Positions 25,466 through 34,519 of a DNA stretch of 52,933 bases are shown one piece after another (the first letter of the stretch is position 1; the number at the start of each line of letters is the position of its first letter). Source of the DNA: a virus. Its lineage: Duplodnaviria > Caudoviricetes. Location of the stretch: positions 1-52,933 of IMG/VR virus record IMGVR_UViG_3300048818_000172. One strand, given 5' to 3'. A model generated the notes under the pieces. The model was given only the letters and a program-made list of their open reading frames with translations, was not told the DNA's origin and did no database searches. The position numbers and the translations under genes were made by a program.

Positions 25466-26413
25466 TTAGAAGTCGCCGCCGCCCGCGCCGTAATCGTAAC
25501 CGGGATAGCTCGATCCACCGGAGATGCCCGAAGCCTGGCTGGGATCGTAGCCGGTGCCGTACTGCTGTGATGGGTCGCTGAGGCCGCCCGGCGCAACGCC
25601 GAGGCCACCCTGAGCACCATAGTAGCCGCTGGCGCTCCCGCCGCTGGCAATTCCACTGCCGAGGCTGCCGCTGCCGCCGTACATGCTTTGCGCGCCACTC
25701 CCGAAGCCGCTGAATCCAGGAGGAGCTGGCGGAGGTGTCATGCCGCCGCCTTGGAAACCCTGTCCGGGCGGGTAACCCGGCAATGTCGGGTCCTTTCCGC
25801 TCGGGAAAGCCTGGTTCTGCGGGCTGCCGCTGCTCGGCGCACCGATCGCACCGCCGCCCATCGGCTGCTTCTGGCCATACCCCTGGCCGTGGTAAGCGCC
25901 CTGGTATCCGAGTTGGGCCATGTTGATGGCCGTATTCTGCTGGTTCGCTTGGTTCGCGTAGTTCAGGCCGGCGAGCCCGAGTTGAGACTGGTAACCGGCG
26001 TAGGTCTGGGCGAGTTGGGCCCCGAGGCCGCCGTATGCCTTCGCCGCGTCCAAGCCGATGCCGCGTTGCACCGACTGTAGGACGGTCGAGTTACCGAGGC
26101 CGCTGTTGATGAGGCCCTGCTGCGCGTTGCCGCTTTGCGAAGCGTACAGGTCGGCGATCGACTGAGCGGCCGGCGCCGCCACGCCCCAGGGTGTCCCGCC
26201 GTAGCCGAGGGTATTCGCCACCTGGCCTTGCAGCGCGCCGTAGCCGGCCTGGATCGGCGCCTGCGCCGCCTGCTGGCCAGACAAGGCGGACTGGTATCCC
26301 GACATGACATCGGAATAGGAGTCCTGCGCCTGGCTAAGCTGCGTCTGATACGAGCCAAGGCCGCCACTGCCGGCCATTGCGGGGGCCGGTCCTGCTCCTG
26401 CTGGTGAGGCCAT
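25466..26413 (-). CDS. Gly/Gln/Ser-rich putative small ejection (DNA transfer) protein
   Basis: Composition, GLGNSTV motif and position downstream of the nozzle. Confidence 0.55.
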   Translation of the reverse strand: MASPAGAGPAPAMAGSGGLGSYQTQLSQAQDSYSDVMSGYQSALSGQQAAQAPIQAGYGALQGQVANTLGYGGTPWGVAAPAAQSIADLYASQSGNAQQGLINSGLGNSTVLQSVQRGIGLDAAKAYGGLGAQLAQTYAGYQSQLGLAGLNYANQANQQNTAINMAQLGYQGAYHGQGYGQKQPMGGGAIGAPSSGSPQNQAFPSGKDPTLPGYPPGQGFQGGGMTPPPAPPGFSGFGSGAQSMYGGSGSLGSGIASGGSASGYYGAQGGLGVAPGGLSDPSQQYGTGYDPSQASGISGGSSYPGYDYGAGGGDF

Positions 26414-26494
26414 GACGACTTCCTAGAATGAGCAGGAGACCGGGCGAGGTGCAAACTCGCCCGGCTCCCTAAACCCGACTCGGAGTAGCGAGCC

Positions 26495-27058
26495 ATGTCT
26501 TCCGTTCAACCTATCGAATACCGCGATCTTGCGGCCCTCGGTTTTCCAGGTTACCGTGTCGGCGACGATGGCAGCGTGTGGACTTGCTGGAAGATGGTCG
26601 GCAACGGCTACGGCGGCGGCTTCCACTGCGTCATGAGCCAAACGTGGAGGCGACTGCGACCCAAAACCCGCAAGGGCTACCGTTACGTCAATTTGAAGGG
26701 CCGCATGCAGCTTGTCCACCGCCTTGTTCTCGAAGCATTCGTTGGCCCATGTCCGCCGGGGATGGAATGCTGCCACGGGCCAAACCGCGGTCGCGGCCGA
26801 GACTCCTTGCCGAATCTTCGGTGGGGAACGCAACAGTCCAACGAAACCGACCGTCGCGGCCACGGTCACATTCGACGCGGCGAGCGACACGGCTTGGCGA
26901 AGGCTACGGCAGCGGCGGTACGCGATATCCGACGACGCTTTGCCACCTACAGCGGCGTTCGGTGGCGGTTCCTGGTGTCGTTCGGTCGCAAGCATGGGCT
27001 CTCTCCGGCGGCAATCGGCAAGATCGTTGATTGCAAAACGTGGCGTCATGTTCAATAA
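26495..27058 (+). CDS. NUMOD4/HNH homing-type endonuclease, antisense to the structural operon
   Basis: FPGYRVGDDGSV, GYRYVNL, VHRLVLEAFVGPCPPGMECCH, NLRWGT..N and GERHGLAK motifs. Confidence 0.92.
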   Translation: MSSVQPIEYRDLAALGFPGYRVGDDGSVWTCWKMVGNGYGGGFHCVMSQTWRRLRPKTRKGYRYVNLKGRMQLVHRLVLEAFVGPCPPGMECCHGPNRGRGRDSLPNLRWGTQQSNETDRRGHGHIRRGERHGLAKATAAAVRDIRRRFATYSGVRWRFLVSFGRKHGLSPAAIGKIVDCKTWRHVQ

Positions 27059-28737
27059 CCTCGGCCGCGCACCATTCCGCGAGTCCCAACGACCAGACGA
27101 ATCGACTCCATCGCCCAAGGGTTGGTCGCCGTCAACCTTATGTAAAGCGCATGGCCAGCCCACCGAAGATGCTCAGTGTAGTTCCGGCCTGCTTGCAACA
27201 TGCCGCTTTGGACCGGCACGGACGCCAATGCTTTCTCAGCGGTACGGCCTACCAAAATCTCGTAAAAGACCGGCCCGCTGGTCTCGCCGAGGACGGCCTG
27301 GATTTCTTTTGCAAACATCTCGTCTAAGTTTTTGGACAAAATGGGGCCGATCACAACTTGCGACGTGAATGGATAGCTGTCGTCGGTCGATGCAGTGGGG
27401 TCGAAAAATCGAATGAAGCCGTCCCAGCTCCCGATGAGGGCAACGCGGTCACCCGGATCGTTGCCGTCGAACTGGCAGCAACAAAGCGGGTTGTAGTTCG
27501 TGCTGGCGAACTGGTCTTGCCACCAGCTATTCGTGCGCTGTTCCCAGAAGAAGTGTTGGCTTACGTTGTCGCTGCCGGTCAAGCTGATGAACACATGCAG
27601 CCCCTGAAACTGATCGTTCCACAACATCGTGATCGTGTAGGCCCCGGTGACGAGGTTCTGCAAGAGCTGCTCGATGCCCTGGCTGATGCGCTGCGGCGGC
27701 CCCTGCCCGGGCGTCATCACGTAAATGCCCATCTTGTTCGACACGAAGTAAACCCCGCCGTAGGGGTCCTTGCACCAGGCCGCGCCCCAGCCTATGCCGA
27801 TCACGTCGCTAACCAAGTCCACTTGGCCGCCGGCGAGGGGGTCGCCGTTGATGAGGTTGATGGTGTGATCGGTGCCAACAATCATCACGTCATTCGTATA
27901 CGGCATCAGGGCCGTGATGACGTCGCCCACCACTCCCTGCTGGCCCACGGTCAGAGCCACCGCCTCGGTCGCTGTCGTCGAGAGCGGCGAGTAATCCCAA
28001 TTCGTCGGGTCGCCCACGGCCGACATGTAGATGGCCTGGGGAGCAAACAACAACCCAGAGAGGCAGATCCGGCCCCGCCAGCTCGCAATGAGCCTCGGCG
28101 CGTTGCCGGCCGAGTCCACCGGCAGGGCTCCGGCAGAAGCGACCCAAGTGTTCAATGTGTTGGTCGATGGAGTATAGACAACCCAATTCGCGCCGTCCGC
28201 AAACCAGAGCTGTTGATTGTTGGCCGCGCTGTAGATGATGCCGTTGGCATTGAGCGGCGGATTGAACGCGGTCGCGTTGATGGCCGGCGTGTATGCCGTG
28301 TCCCCCGAGGCGAACACGAACACATTGCCCTGGCTGACGGCAACGCCTGTCACGACTCGGCCGCTGTTACTTTGTTGTGGCACACCGCCTCCGGGGTTCG
28401 CGTAACCCGTGCCGACCATCACATTCAGCAACTGTATCAGGTTCGCCCCCGCCGGCTGCGCGTTGATGTACCGAGTGAGGCCCGGCCGCTGGGCCCCACG
28501 GGCGCGGTTTGTCAAAGGCTCGAAGCTGCGGACGTTCAGGCCGACCGGAGCCGTGCGCACGTAATTCACTTCGGCCACCGGCGCGGGTTCACTGCCAACA
28601 GGTAGGCCCGTCGAAGGCGGAGTGTAGGACGAAATCGGCCGGTTCGGTTGCTTGCAAAACGCGCCGGTAAGGTCGATGCCCGCCAGCGGGAAGTGCAGGC
28701 TGACTTGCCGATCAGGGGCTGGCCTCGTCGCTGGCAT
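27052..28737 (-). CDS. Tail nozzle / stabilisation protein (P22 gp10 / T7 gp12-like)
   Basis: Beta-propeller-like repeats (WRGRICLSG...IYMSAVGDPTNWD; GDVITAL). 561 aa. Position in the operon. Confidence 0.72.
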   Translation of the reverse strand: MPATRPAPDRQVSLHFPLAGIDLTGAFCKQPNRPISSYTPPSTGLPVGSEPAPVAEVNYVRTAPVGLNVRSFEPLTNRARGAQRPGLTRYINAQPAGANLIQLLNVMVGTGYANPGGGVPQQSNSGRVVTGVAVSQGNVFVFASGDTAYTPAINATAFNPPLNANGIIYSAANNQQLWFADGANWVVYTPSTNTLNTWVASAGALPVDSAGNAPRLIASWRGRICLSGLLFAPQAIYMSAVGDPTNWDYSPLSTTATEAVALTVGQQGVVGDVITALMPYTNDVMIVGTDHTINLINGDPLAGGQVDLVSDVIGIGWGAAWCKDPYGGVYFVSNKMGIYVMTPGQGPPQRISQGIEQLLQNLVTGAYTITMLWNDQFQGLHVFISLTGSDNVSQHFFWEQRTNSWWQDQFASTNYNPLCCCQFDGNDPGDRVALIGSWDGFIRFFDPTASTDDSYPFTSQVVIGPILSKNLDEMFAKEIQAVLGETSGPVFYEILVGRTAEKALASVPVQSGMLQAGRNYTEHLRWAGHALYIRLTATNPWAMESIRLVVGTRGMVRGRGY

Positions 28738-29507
28738 CAGAGGTTCCCCGTTACTACCTGCGTGCCGCCGGTCGTTCCAGGCAGCATTTGGTTCTCAATA
28801 CCCTGCGACTGCAATGGCAACACGTATGCCCAGAAGATGAATTGGGCCTGATACGTGTTGAACAATATGTCGGCGTTGGTCCAGGTGAACGTCGTTGCAA
28901 GGACGTTGGTTCCAACCGGGCGAAGCGTCAAGGCTCCCGTGTCGAACGTAACGCTGTTGGGCGCCGGGAAGTTCGCCAAGAGCGAGCCGCTGTAGAACGT
29001 CGTGCCGTTCAGCTTGGCCACGACTGAAACATTCAGCGTAGGGATCGGCGGACCAAAGCCGCCATCGCTTTGAGTGATCTGAAATGTGCATCGAAGTTGA
29101 GAACCCGGCGGCGTTGGGTACGTCCGCCCGGGTTCAACCGGATACCGCACCGGCGCGAAGCCGCCCACGCCACCGAAGGAGTTTCGGTTCGGAGCCGTTG
29201 ACTGACCCACCGGCCCGACGTTGTTCCCAGGCAGCGCCTCGGCCTGGGGGTCGACGATGTACGTGAGGTGCTGAATCTTGTTCGCCCCAGATACCTGGGC
29301 GTTGATGTACCGGCTCAACCCTGGCCGTGTGCCGCCACGTCCTCGGCGAGTGAGTGCCTCGAAGGTCCGCACGTTCAGGCCGACCGGCGTTGTGCCGCTC
29401 GGCTGGGAGTCGTAGGTACTGGCGACATTCAGGCCGTTCAGCGGGAATAGCTGCTCGACGAGGCTCTCCTGGGCCGCGATCTGCACCGGTCTGTTTTGCT
29501 TGGCCAT
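28737..29507 (-). CDS. Virion protein with a duplicated nozzle N-terminal domain and an unrelated C-terminal beta domain
   Basis: The first 80 aa or so align with the N-terminus of 27052-28737. Confidence 0.72.
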   Translation of the reverse strand: MAKQNRPVQIAAQESLVEQLFPLNGLNVASTYDSQPSGTTPVGLNVRTFEALTRRGRGGTRPGLSRYINAQVSGANKIQHLTYIVDPQAEALPGNNVGPVGQSTAPNRNSFGGVGGFAPVRYPVEPGRTYPTPPGSQLRCTFQITQSDGGFGPPIPTLNVSVVAKLNGTTFYSGSLLANFPAPNSVTFDTGALTLRPVGTNVLATTFTWTNADILFNTYQAQFIFWAYVLPLQSQGIENQMLPGTTGGTQVVTGNL

Positions 29508-29524
29508 TGTCCACCTAAACCGGA

Positions 29525-29559
29525 AAAGGCCGGCGGCGTCATAGAAGCCGCCGGCCTTC
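29525..29559 (-). terminator. Intrinsic terminator
   Basis: AAGGCCGGCGGC-9 nt-GCCGCCGGCC followed by TTTT on the - strand. Confidence 0.65.
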
Positions 29560-29644
29560 GTTAATAACCCGCTTCGGCAACGTCCCAATATCCGCGCGAG
29601 CTGGAAAAGGGCAACATCGTCCCGAAGCGGGTGGCCCCCCTTGC

Positions 29645-29962
29645 TTATCCCTTCAAAATGCGGCTGTTGATCCCGTTGGCCTCTTGCGCCGCTGCCTGGG
29701 CTTGAAGCGCCGCCTGCATGTTCGCCTCGTTCATCTTCTGCATCCTTGCCACGTTCAGGTCGAACTTGGCCGCGTTCAGCGCCATCTCCAGCAGCGCACA
29801 ACGCATATCCCAGGTCTTGATCCGCTCGTCATACTTCATGGCGACGCCCTGGGCGTCCTGGTTCCATTCGATCGTGATGGTGGGGTGCTCGGTGTCCTCC
29901 TTCATCACTCGCCGGCCTCCTCGGTTGTCCATGCCCGGCTGGTCTGGCTGTCCGTTTACCAT
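29645..29962 (-). CDS. Hypothetical protein
   Basis: RBS AAGAGGG. 105 aa. Confidence 0.65.
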   Translation of the reverse strand: MVNGQPDQPGMDNRGGRRVMKEDTEHPTITIEWNQDAQGVAMKYDERIKTWDMRCALLEMALNAAKFDLNVARMQKMNEANMQAALQAQAAAQEANGINSRILKG

Positions 29963-30008
29963 GGCTCGCGCCCTCTTGAAACTCGGATGTCGACACCGAG
30001 CCAGTCTA

Positions 30009-30647
30009 CTAACTGAACGGCGTGGCCGCCGTGCCGGTGATCGAGGTAAGACCGCGCACGCTCCATTGGTTGGTGGCGACGTCCTCAAGGTCGATGAAGT
30101 CTCCCGCCAGGCCGCCCTTGGTCGAGCCGTTCAGGGTAATGGTTGTGCTCGGCGCCGCTGTCCATGCCGTGGCCGCTCCGCTCGCCCCGGCCTGCACGAT
30201 GTTGCCGTAGAGGTAGGCCCCCGTCGCAACGATCGTCATTCCAACCGAGGTAACCGTGGTGCCGATGAAGAAGCGGTAGAAGTTGCCCGAGCCGGTCGCC
30301 GCCGGCAGGGTAACCGCGAACCCGGCCGCGTTGTTGAGGTTGATCGTCTTGCCGGTAAGCAGCTTGAGCGCCGCCGCGGAAAGGGCCGCCGTTACCGTGG
30401 TTTCGCGGGAAGCCGCCGAGGACGGGTCAACCTGGACCCACAAGGAGGACAGGTTGGTCCCCTGGTTGACAAAGATCACGCCGGCGAGGGCCGCCGATCC
30501 GAGCACCAGGCAAAGGCAACCCGTGTCGAATCCCGCCTGCGCGTTGGCCGGCGGCAAGCCGGTGCGCGTGTAGATGAAGAACTTCCCTGTCGGCTCGTCG
30601 TCGCCGATGACACCGGTGGCGTCCTGGATTCGGAAACGCTCGCTCAT
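30009..30647 (-). CDS. Putative virion (decoration-type) protein
   Basis: GKTINLNNAAGFAVTLPAATGSG and TITLNGSTKGG..GD motifs, recognised from phage structural proteins. Confidence 0.65.
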   Translation of the reverse strand: MSERFRIQDATGVIGDDEPTGKFFIYTRTGLPPANAQAGFDTGCLCLVLGSAALAGVIFVNQGTNLSSLWVQVDPSSAASRETTVTAALSAAALKLLTGKTINLNNAAGFAVTLPAATGSGNFYRFFIGTTVTSVGMTIVATGAYLYGNIVQAGASGAATAWTAAPSTTITLNGSTKGGLAGDFIDLEDVATNQWSVRGLTSITGTAATPFS

Positions 30648-30658
30648 ATCACACCGCC

Positions 30659-31240
30659 TTATAGAAGGGCCAGCAACGCGTTGCAACTGGTCGCGCTGCC
30701 TCCCGTGGTGAACGACAATTCGAGTTTCTGGAAACCGTAGATCGGCACTTTGACCCAGGCCGGATCGCCGTTTGCCGGATCGTAAAGCTCAAGCAGCGAA
30801 AGACTCGCCGCCGCCGCAGACACGGTGCCGGTCAGCAACGGTTGCGAGGTGACCGTCAACGTGTCCGCGAAGTAAGTCGTGCTGGCGGCGTATTGCCCGA
30901 CGAGGGGCAGGCCGCTCTCAAGGGTCGCCTGGAACACGGCAAGAGTGGATGGATCCCACATTGGCAGCGGCGTGTTTTCTCCAAGGACCCGCCAGCCGAT
31001 CACTTTGAAGGAAAACGTGGTGGCGTCCGCACCGACGCCGTATGGCTTGATGAACAGGAAGTTTTGCGTGAGGCCGGCTTGCCCCTCGGGGAGCCCGAGT
31101 TGGATAACCGAAGTGCCCGTGGCTGTCCCGGCATCGCCAAGCGGTTCCGTCACGGTCGGAATCTTGGAGACGTAGCCGTTGCTGGTCTGATTGACCGAGC
31201 GGGCCCGCCGGAAACCGGAGCATAGCGTTTCGAGGTGCAT
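30659..31240 (-). CDS. Putative virion protein
   Basis: Start overlaps the upstream stop. Lies in the structural operon. Confidence 0.6.
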   Translation of the reverse strand: MHLETLCSGFRRARSVNQTSNGYVSKIPTVTEPLGDAGTATGTSVIQLGLPEGQAGLTQNFLFIKPYGVGADATTFSFKVIGWRVLGENTPLPMWDPSTLAVFQATLESGLPLVGQYAASTTYFADTLTVTSQPLLTGTVSAAAASLSLLELYDPANGDPAWVKVPIYGFQKLELSFTTGGSATSCNALLALL

Positions 31241-32085
31241 CAGGGGTTCCCGTCGTAAAGCACACCGGAGAACGTAGCGAACGCGCCCTCGTATTCCCGC
31301 CGGTTCCGCCGCCGGCCGCGGTCGTCCGACCCGTCGAGGTTGAAGCCGATCACCTGGGCCTTGAGGTTCCGATCGTAACTGATCGAGGCCGCCAGCAGCT
31401 GCTGGTAGTGAGCTTCGTGTTCGGCAATCTTGCCGTCCATGTCCCGCTCCCAGGCGGCCAGGCACGCTTCGAGGATCGTCCCGGAGTGAGCCGCCCCGCC
31501 GTAAACAAACGGCAGCGCTCCCGAAAGGTAATCGGGCAGGATGTAATACTCAAGCTCAAGCGTGTAGGCTTGATCGGTCACCGGGTAAATCTGCAATTGG
31601 AATCGCTGGCCGGCGTTGAACGCTGTTCCCTTCAACGGAGCCACGGCCACCATCTGCGGAGGCCCGGTCTGGCTCGCAAAATCCGACCATGCTTGCCGAA
31701 TCCTGCCCACGCCAACCACATCGATCGGCCGCGGAAGCGTCTCGTTGCTCGACGCCAATATCTCCGACGTTCCTTCGAGACCGGCGAAGTCCTCGGGGAG
31801 CTGGATTGTCACCTCGCCCTGCGCTATGGCGAGGCTGGCCGTGGGCCGCAGGAAGCTCCAATCGTGGGCCGCTGGTTCGCCGGGCAGCATTGCGGAGAAG
31901 TAGAAGCGGCGCATGCCCTTCTTGGTGGCCGAGTCGATCGCCTGCTGCTTGCGCTGGCTACCTTGCGGGGAGCCGTCGTCGGCCCAATCAGGATCACCGT
32001 AAAAGGTGCCTCTTCCCCAGCCGGCATTTAAGCCGATCTCGCCTTGCAGCTCGCGAAAAGCGATGGTGAGGGTCGATTCTGCGAT
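31240..32085 (-). CDS. Head-tail adaptor / tail tubular protein A-like, apparently starting at ATC
   Basis: HDWSFL, IQLPEDF, GPPQ and IYPVTDQAYTLELEYY motifs. The open frame extends to ATC-GCA-GAA at 32085, behind RBS AAGGGG. Confidence 0.7.
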   Translation of the reverse strand: MAESTLTIAFRELQGEIGLNAGWGRGTFYGDPDWADDGSPQGSQRKQQAIDSATKKGMRRFYFSAMLPGEPAAHDWSFLRPTASLAIAQGEVTIQLPEDFAGLEGTSEILASSNETLPRPIDVVGVGRIRQAWSDFASQTGPPQMVAVAPLKGTAFNAGQRFQLQIYPVTDQAYTLELEYYILPDYLSGALPFVYGGAAHSGTILEACLAAWERDMDGKIAEHEAHYQQLLAASISYDRNLKAQVIGFNLDGSDDRGRRRNRREYEGAFATFSGVLYDGNP

Positions 32086-32088
32086 GGC

Positions 32089-32289
32089 TCAATACCCCTT
32101 GCGTCGGTTCTTGGCGGTTCGCTGCCCGCGTTTGGGCAGCTTGCGTTTGGCCTTCTTCGGTTTGGCTTTCTTCACGGCTTTCACCCGCTTTGGCAGGGGG
32201 CCAGCGTTATCGAAGTGATGAGCCTTGGCCCACTTCGCCCCCTTCACGCCGAATGCCCATTTGCGTTGGGCCTGAGACTTGGCCGGCAT
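32089..32289 (-). CDS. Small basic phage protein (MPAKSQAQRKW family)
   Basis: Signature N-terminus and LPKRV motif. Lys-rich. Confidence 0.75.
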   Translation of the reverse strand: MPAKSQAQRKWAFGVKGAKWAKAHHFDNAGPLPKRVKAVKKAKPKKAKRKLPKRGQRTAKNRRKGY

Positions 32290-32292
32290 CGG

Positions 32293-32535
32293 TTACCCCT
32301 TAAAGCCCGGCATCACATGCTGGAAAAGCATGTCTACCCTGGCGGCCGTCGCCTTGAGCGACTGGTCGGCCGCGCCCTCTACGCTGTCGAGGCGACCCTT
32401 GAGCGCCACGATGTCGGCCACCTGCGCCTTGAGGGCCGCAATGTCGGCCTTCATCGCCTCCAGCTCTCCGGCGGGAACCGCCACGGTGGGCGGAGCAACG
32501 GGGGTCGGCGTCTCGGGTTTCACTTCGTCTGCCAT
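32293..32535 (-). CDS. Small coiled-coil protein
   Basis: RBS GGAG. Heptad pattern. Confidence 0.7.
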   Translation of the reverse strand: MADEVKPETPTPVAPPTVAVPAGELEAMKADIAALKAQVADIVALKGRLDSVEGAADQSLKATAARVDMLFQHVMPGFKG

Positions 32536-32588
32536 GTTCGTCTCCACCATTGCCTCGATCACCCCCTCCCCTGGCCGCAGCCCGGATT

Positions 32589-33497
32589 CTAAGGGTATAG
32601 CTGGGCACACCTCCACCACTTCATGTACACCGCGCCCGTGCCGGTCCCGATGACGGCCAGCATCATCGCCAGCGAGTTCGCCTTGAGGTTCGTGGTGCCG
32701 ATCAACGAAGCGTTGCTGTATTGCGTGGCGAACGGCAAGCCGTCCTGGAAGAACGTGATGCAGCCGCCCGACTGAGCCGGATCGTAGATCATGCCGAGCT
32801 TCGTGAACGTGTAGGCCGTCGCGCCGAAGGAGCCGGCCGCCACGCCCGCGGGCGGGCCCGCCGGCTCGAAGGCGGGCACAAGGCCAACCGGCAGCGTGCC
32901 AGCAACGCCGGCCTGAATCGTGGTGAACGACGTTGCCCGGTCGGACATCACGGTGTTGATCGCGAGGGGCCCGGTCTCGATCGACTGGAAGCCGATCATG
33001 GAACCGCCGTTGGTGATCGTCGCCGCCCCGCCGTTGATCGGAACGCCGGTAGCCAGCGTGAACAGGTCCGTCTCGGCCAGGCCGAGGAAGAAACCCTGAG
33101 TTGTCGCGAGGATGCCCTTGATGGCAACGCACGCTTCAAACCACAGCTTGCCGTCCGTTCCGGTGACGCCCGAGAGCCGGGCCTGACCGTATGGCTGCGC
33201 GATGGATGCCGACGTTGACACCACCACGCTATTCGCCAGGACGATGCCGGTGTCAACTGAGTTGACGGCGTGAACCGGCGCCACGGATGCCGAAGTCGTG
33301 GCGAAAACCTTGTAATCGCCGTAGGCAATCTGCGTGGTCTCGGTGGGCGCCAGCGGCAAGTCCCGGAAGTCGTCGTAGAAGATCCAGCCCTTGCGAAGAT
33401 CTGAGCCGAGTTCATCGACCGGGCACGTTCCCCAGATGCTATCGCTGGGCTCGCGCGTGTTGCTGGCGTCGAGGAAGGTTGTTTTGTTGACCGGCAT
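32589..33497 (-). CDS. Putative capsid decoration / minor capsid protein
   Basis: RBS AAGGAG. FYDDF...KLWFEA...FFLGL beta-sandwich-like sequence. Near the capsid gene. Confidence 0.55.
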   Translation of the reverse strand: MPVNKTTFLDASNTREPSDSIWGTCPVDELGSDLRKGWIFYDDFRDLPLAPTETTQIAYGDYKVFATTSASVAPVHAVNSVDTGIVLANSVVVSTSASIAQPYGQARLSGVTGTDGKLWFEACVAIKGILATTQGFFLGLAETDLFTLATGVPINGGAATITNGGSMIGFQSIETGPLAINTVMSDRATSFTTIQAGVAGTLPVGLVPAFEPAGPPAGVAAGSFGATAYTFTKLGMIYDPAQSGGCITFFQDGLPFATQYSNASLIGTTNLKANSLAMMLAVIGTGTGAVYMKWWRCAQLYP

Positions 33498-33537
33498 CGA
33501 AAGCACTCCTTTGAATCAGGCCGCGGCCTGGGTTGTT

Positions 33538-33933
33538 TCACGCAAGGTCGGAAGCCATCGCCGCTTCGAACGCATCCGATTCACGCTTGGCCGACGTTTC
33601 AACGCCGAGTTGGTCGAGGACGTACCGCATGTCCGGGATGATCGACGCATTGATCCGCGCGATGGGGCTGCCGTTGCGGGCCGCGCGAGTGAACTTCCTC
33701 TCCAACTGGATCACGGCCAGGTCCGCCTCGGCCAAGGCCGGCTCGATCGGATGCGACCCCTTGGGATCGTGTTTCCGCTTGTTGATGAGCTGGTCGACCA
33801 GCCAGCGCCACTCCGGGACGACGATAGCCGCGCAGGGAACGATCGTCCCGTCCTGGATCGCTTCCCAGGCATCCTCTTCCAAGGACGCGATCCGGCCCTC
33901 GACGTCGCGGAGGTTGTAATTCGGCTTGTTCAT
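33538..33933 (-). CDS. Hypothetical protein
   Basis: 131-aa ORF with RBS AGGGA. Confidence 0.65.
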   Translation of the reverse strand: MNKPNYNLRDVEGRIASLEEDAWEAIQDGTIVPCAAIVVPEWRWLVDQLINKRKHDPKGSHPIEPALAEADLAVIQLERKFTRAARNGSPIARINASIIPDMRYVLDQLGVETSAKRESDAFEAAMASDLA

Positions 33934-34007
33934 GTTCGGTCCCTACAATGAGTTGGCCACGCGCTGCTTCAACAGCCGTGGCCCGGCACGCAACCTATGG
34001 AGTTGAC

Positions 34008-34514
34008 ATGCAAGACAATTCTACTGACCTTTTCGGCGAGCAACCGAGCACACCCGGCAAGACCTGCACGAAGTGCCGGCGATTCAAGCCGTTCGACCAG
34101 TTTCGGATCAAAGAGTACAAATGCCGCAGCCGCCCAAACCGTCCGGCACGCCGCGACTCCGCGTGCAAAGACTGCCGCAAGGAGCGATGCTGCCATTACA
34201 ACAAATCCCCTCGCGGCCGAACGGCATCCAAGAAGAGACGTTGCAAAATATACGGCATCACGATTGCCGAACACGACACGATGTTTGCTGCCCAGGGCGG
34301 CGCGTGTGCCCTTTGCGGAGACACGGAACTTCCAATCGATCCGAGAACCGGCAAGCCGTACAACCTCGCGATCGATCATTGCCACGCGACCGGAAAGGCG
34401 CGAGCGCTCCTTTGCCACCACTGCAACGTGGGGCTCGGCGGCTTCAAGGATCGTCCGGACCTTCTGCAAGCTGCAATCTCCTATCTCGCGAGACACGCGG
34501 CATCGTCGGCGTGA
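34008..34514 (+). CDS. Endonuclease VII-family protein, antisense to the structural operon
   Basis: YGIT...M..AQGGACALC, LAIDHCHATGKARALLCHHCNVGLG and AISYL motifs. Confidence 0.92.
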   Translation: MQDNSTDLFGEQPSTPGKTCTKCRRFKPFDQFRIKEYKCRSRPNRPARRDSACKDCRKERCCHYNKSPRGRTASKKRRCKIYGITIAEHDTMFAAQGGACALCGDTELPIDPRTGKPYNLAIDHCHATGKARALLCHHCNVGLGGFKDRPDLLQAAISYLARHAASSA

Positions 34515-34519
34515 GACTA

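Noticed and set aside
26423-27058. Group I intron housing the HNH gene (also considered for both EndoVII genes)
   Set aside because: The flanking genes are complete and there is no room for an intron core, so the nucleases are free-standing.
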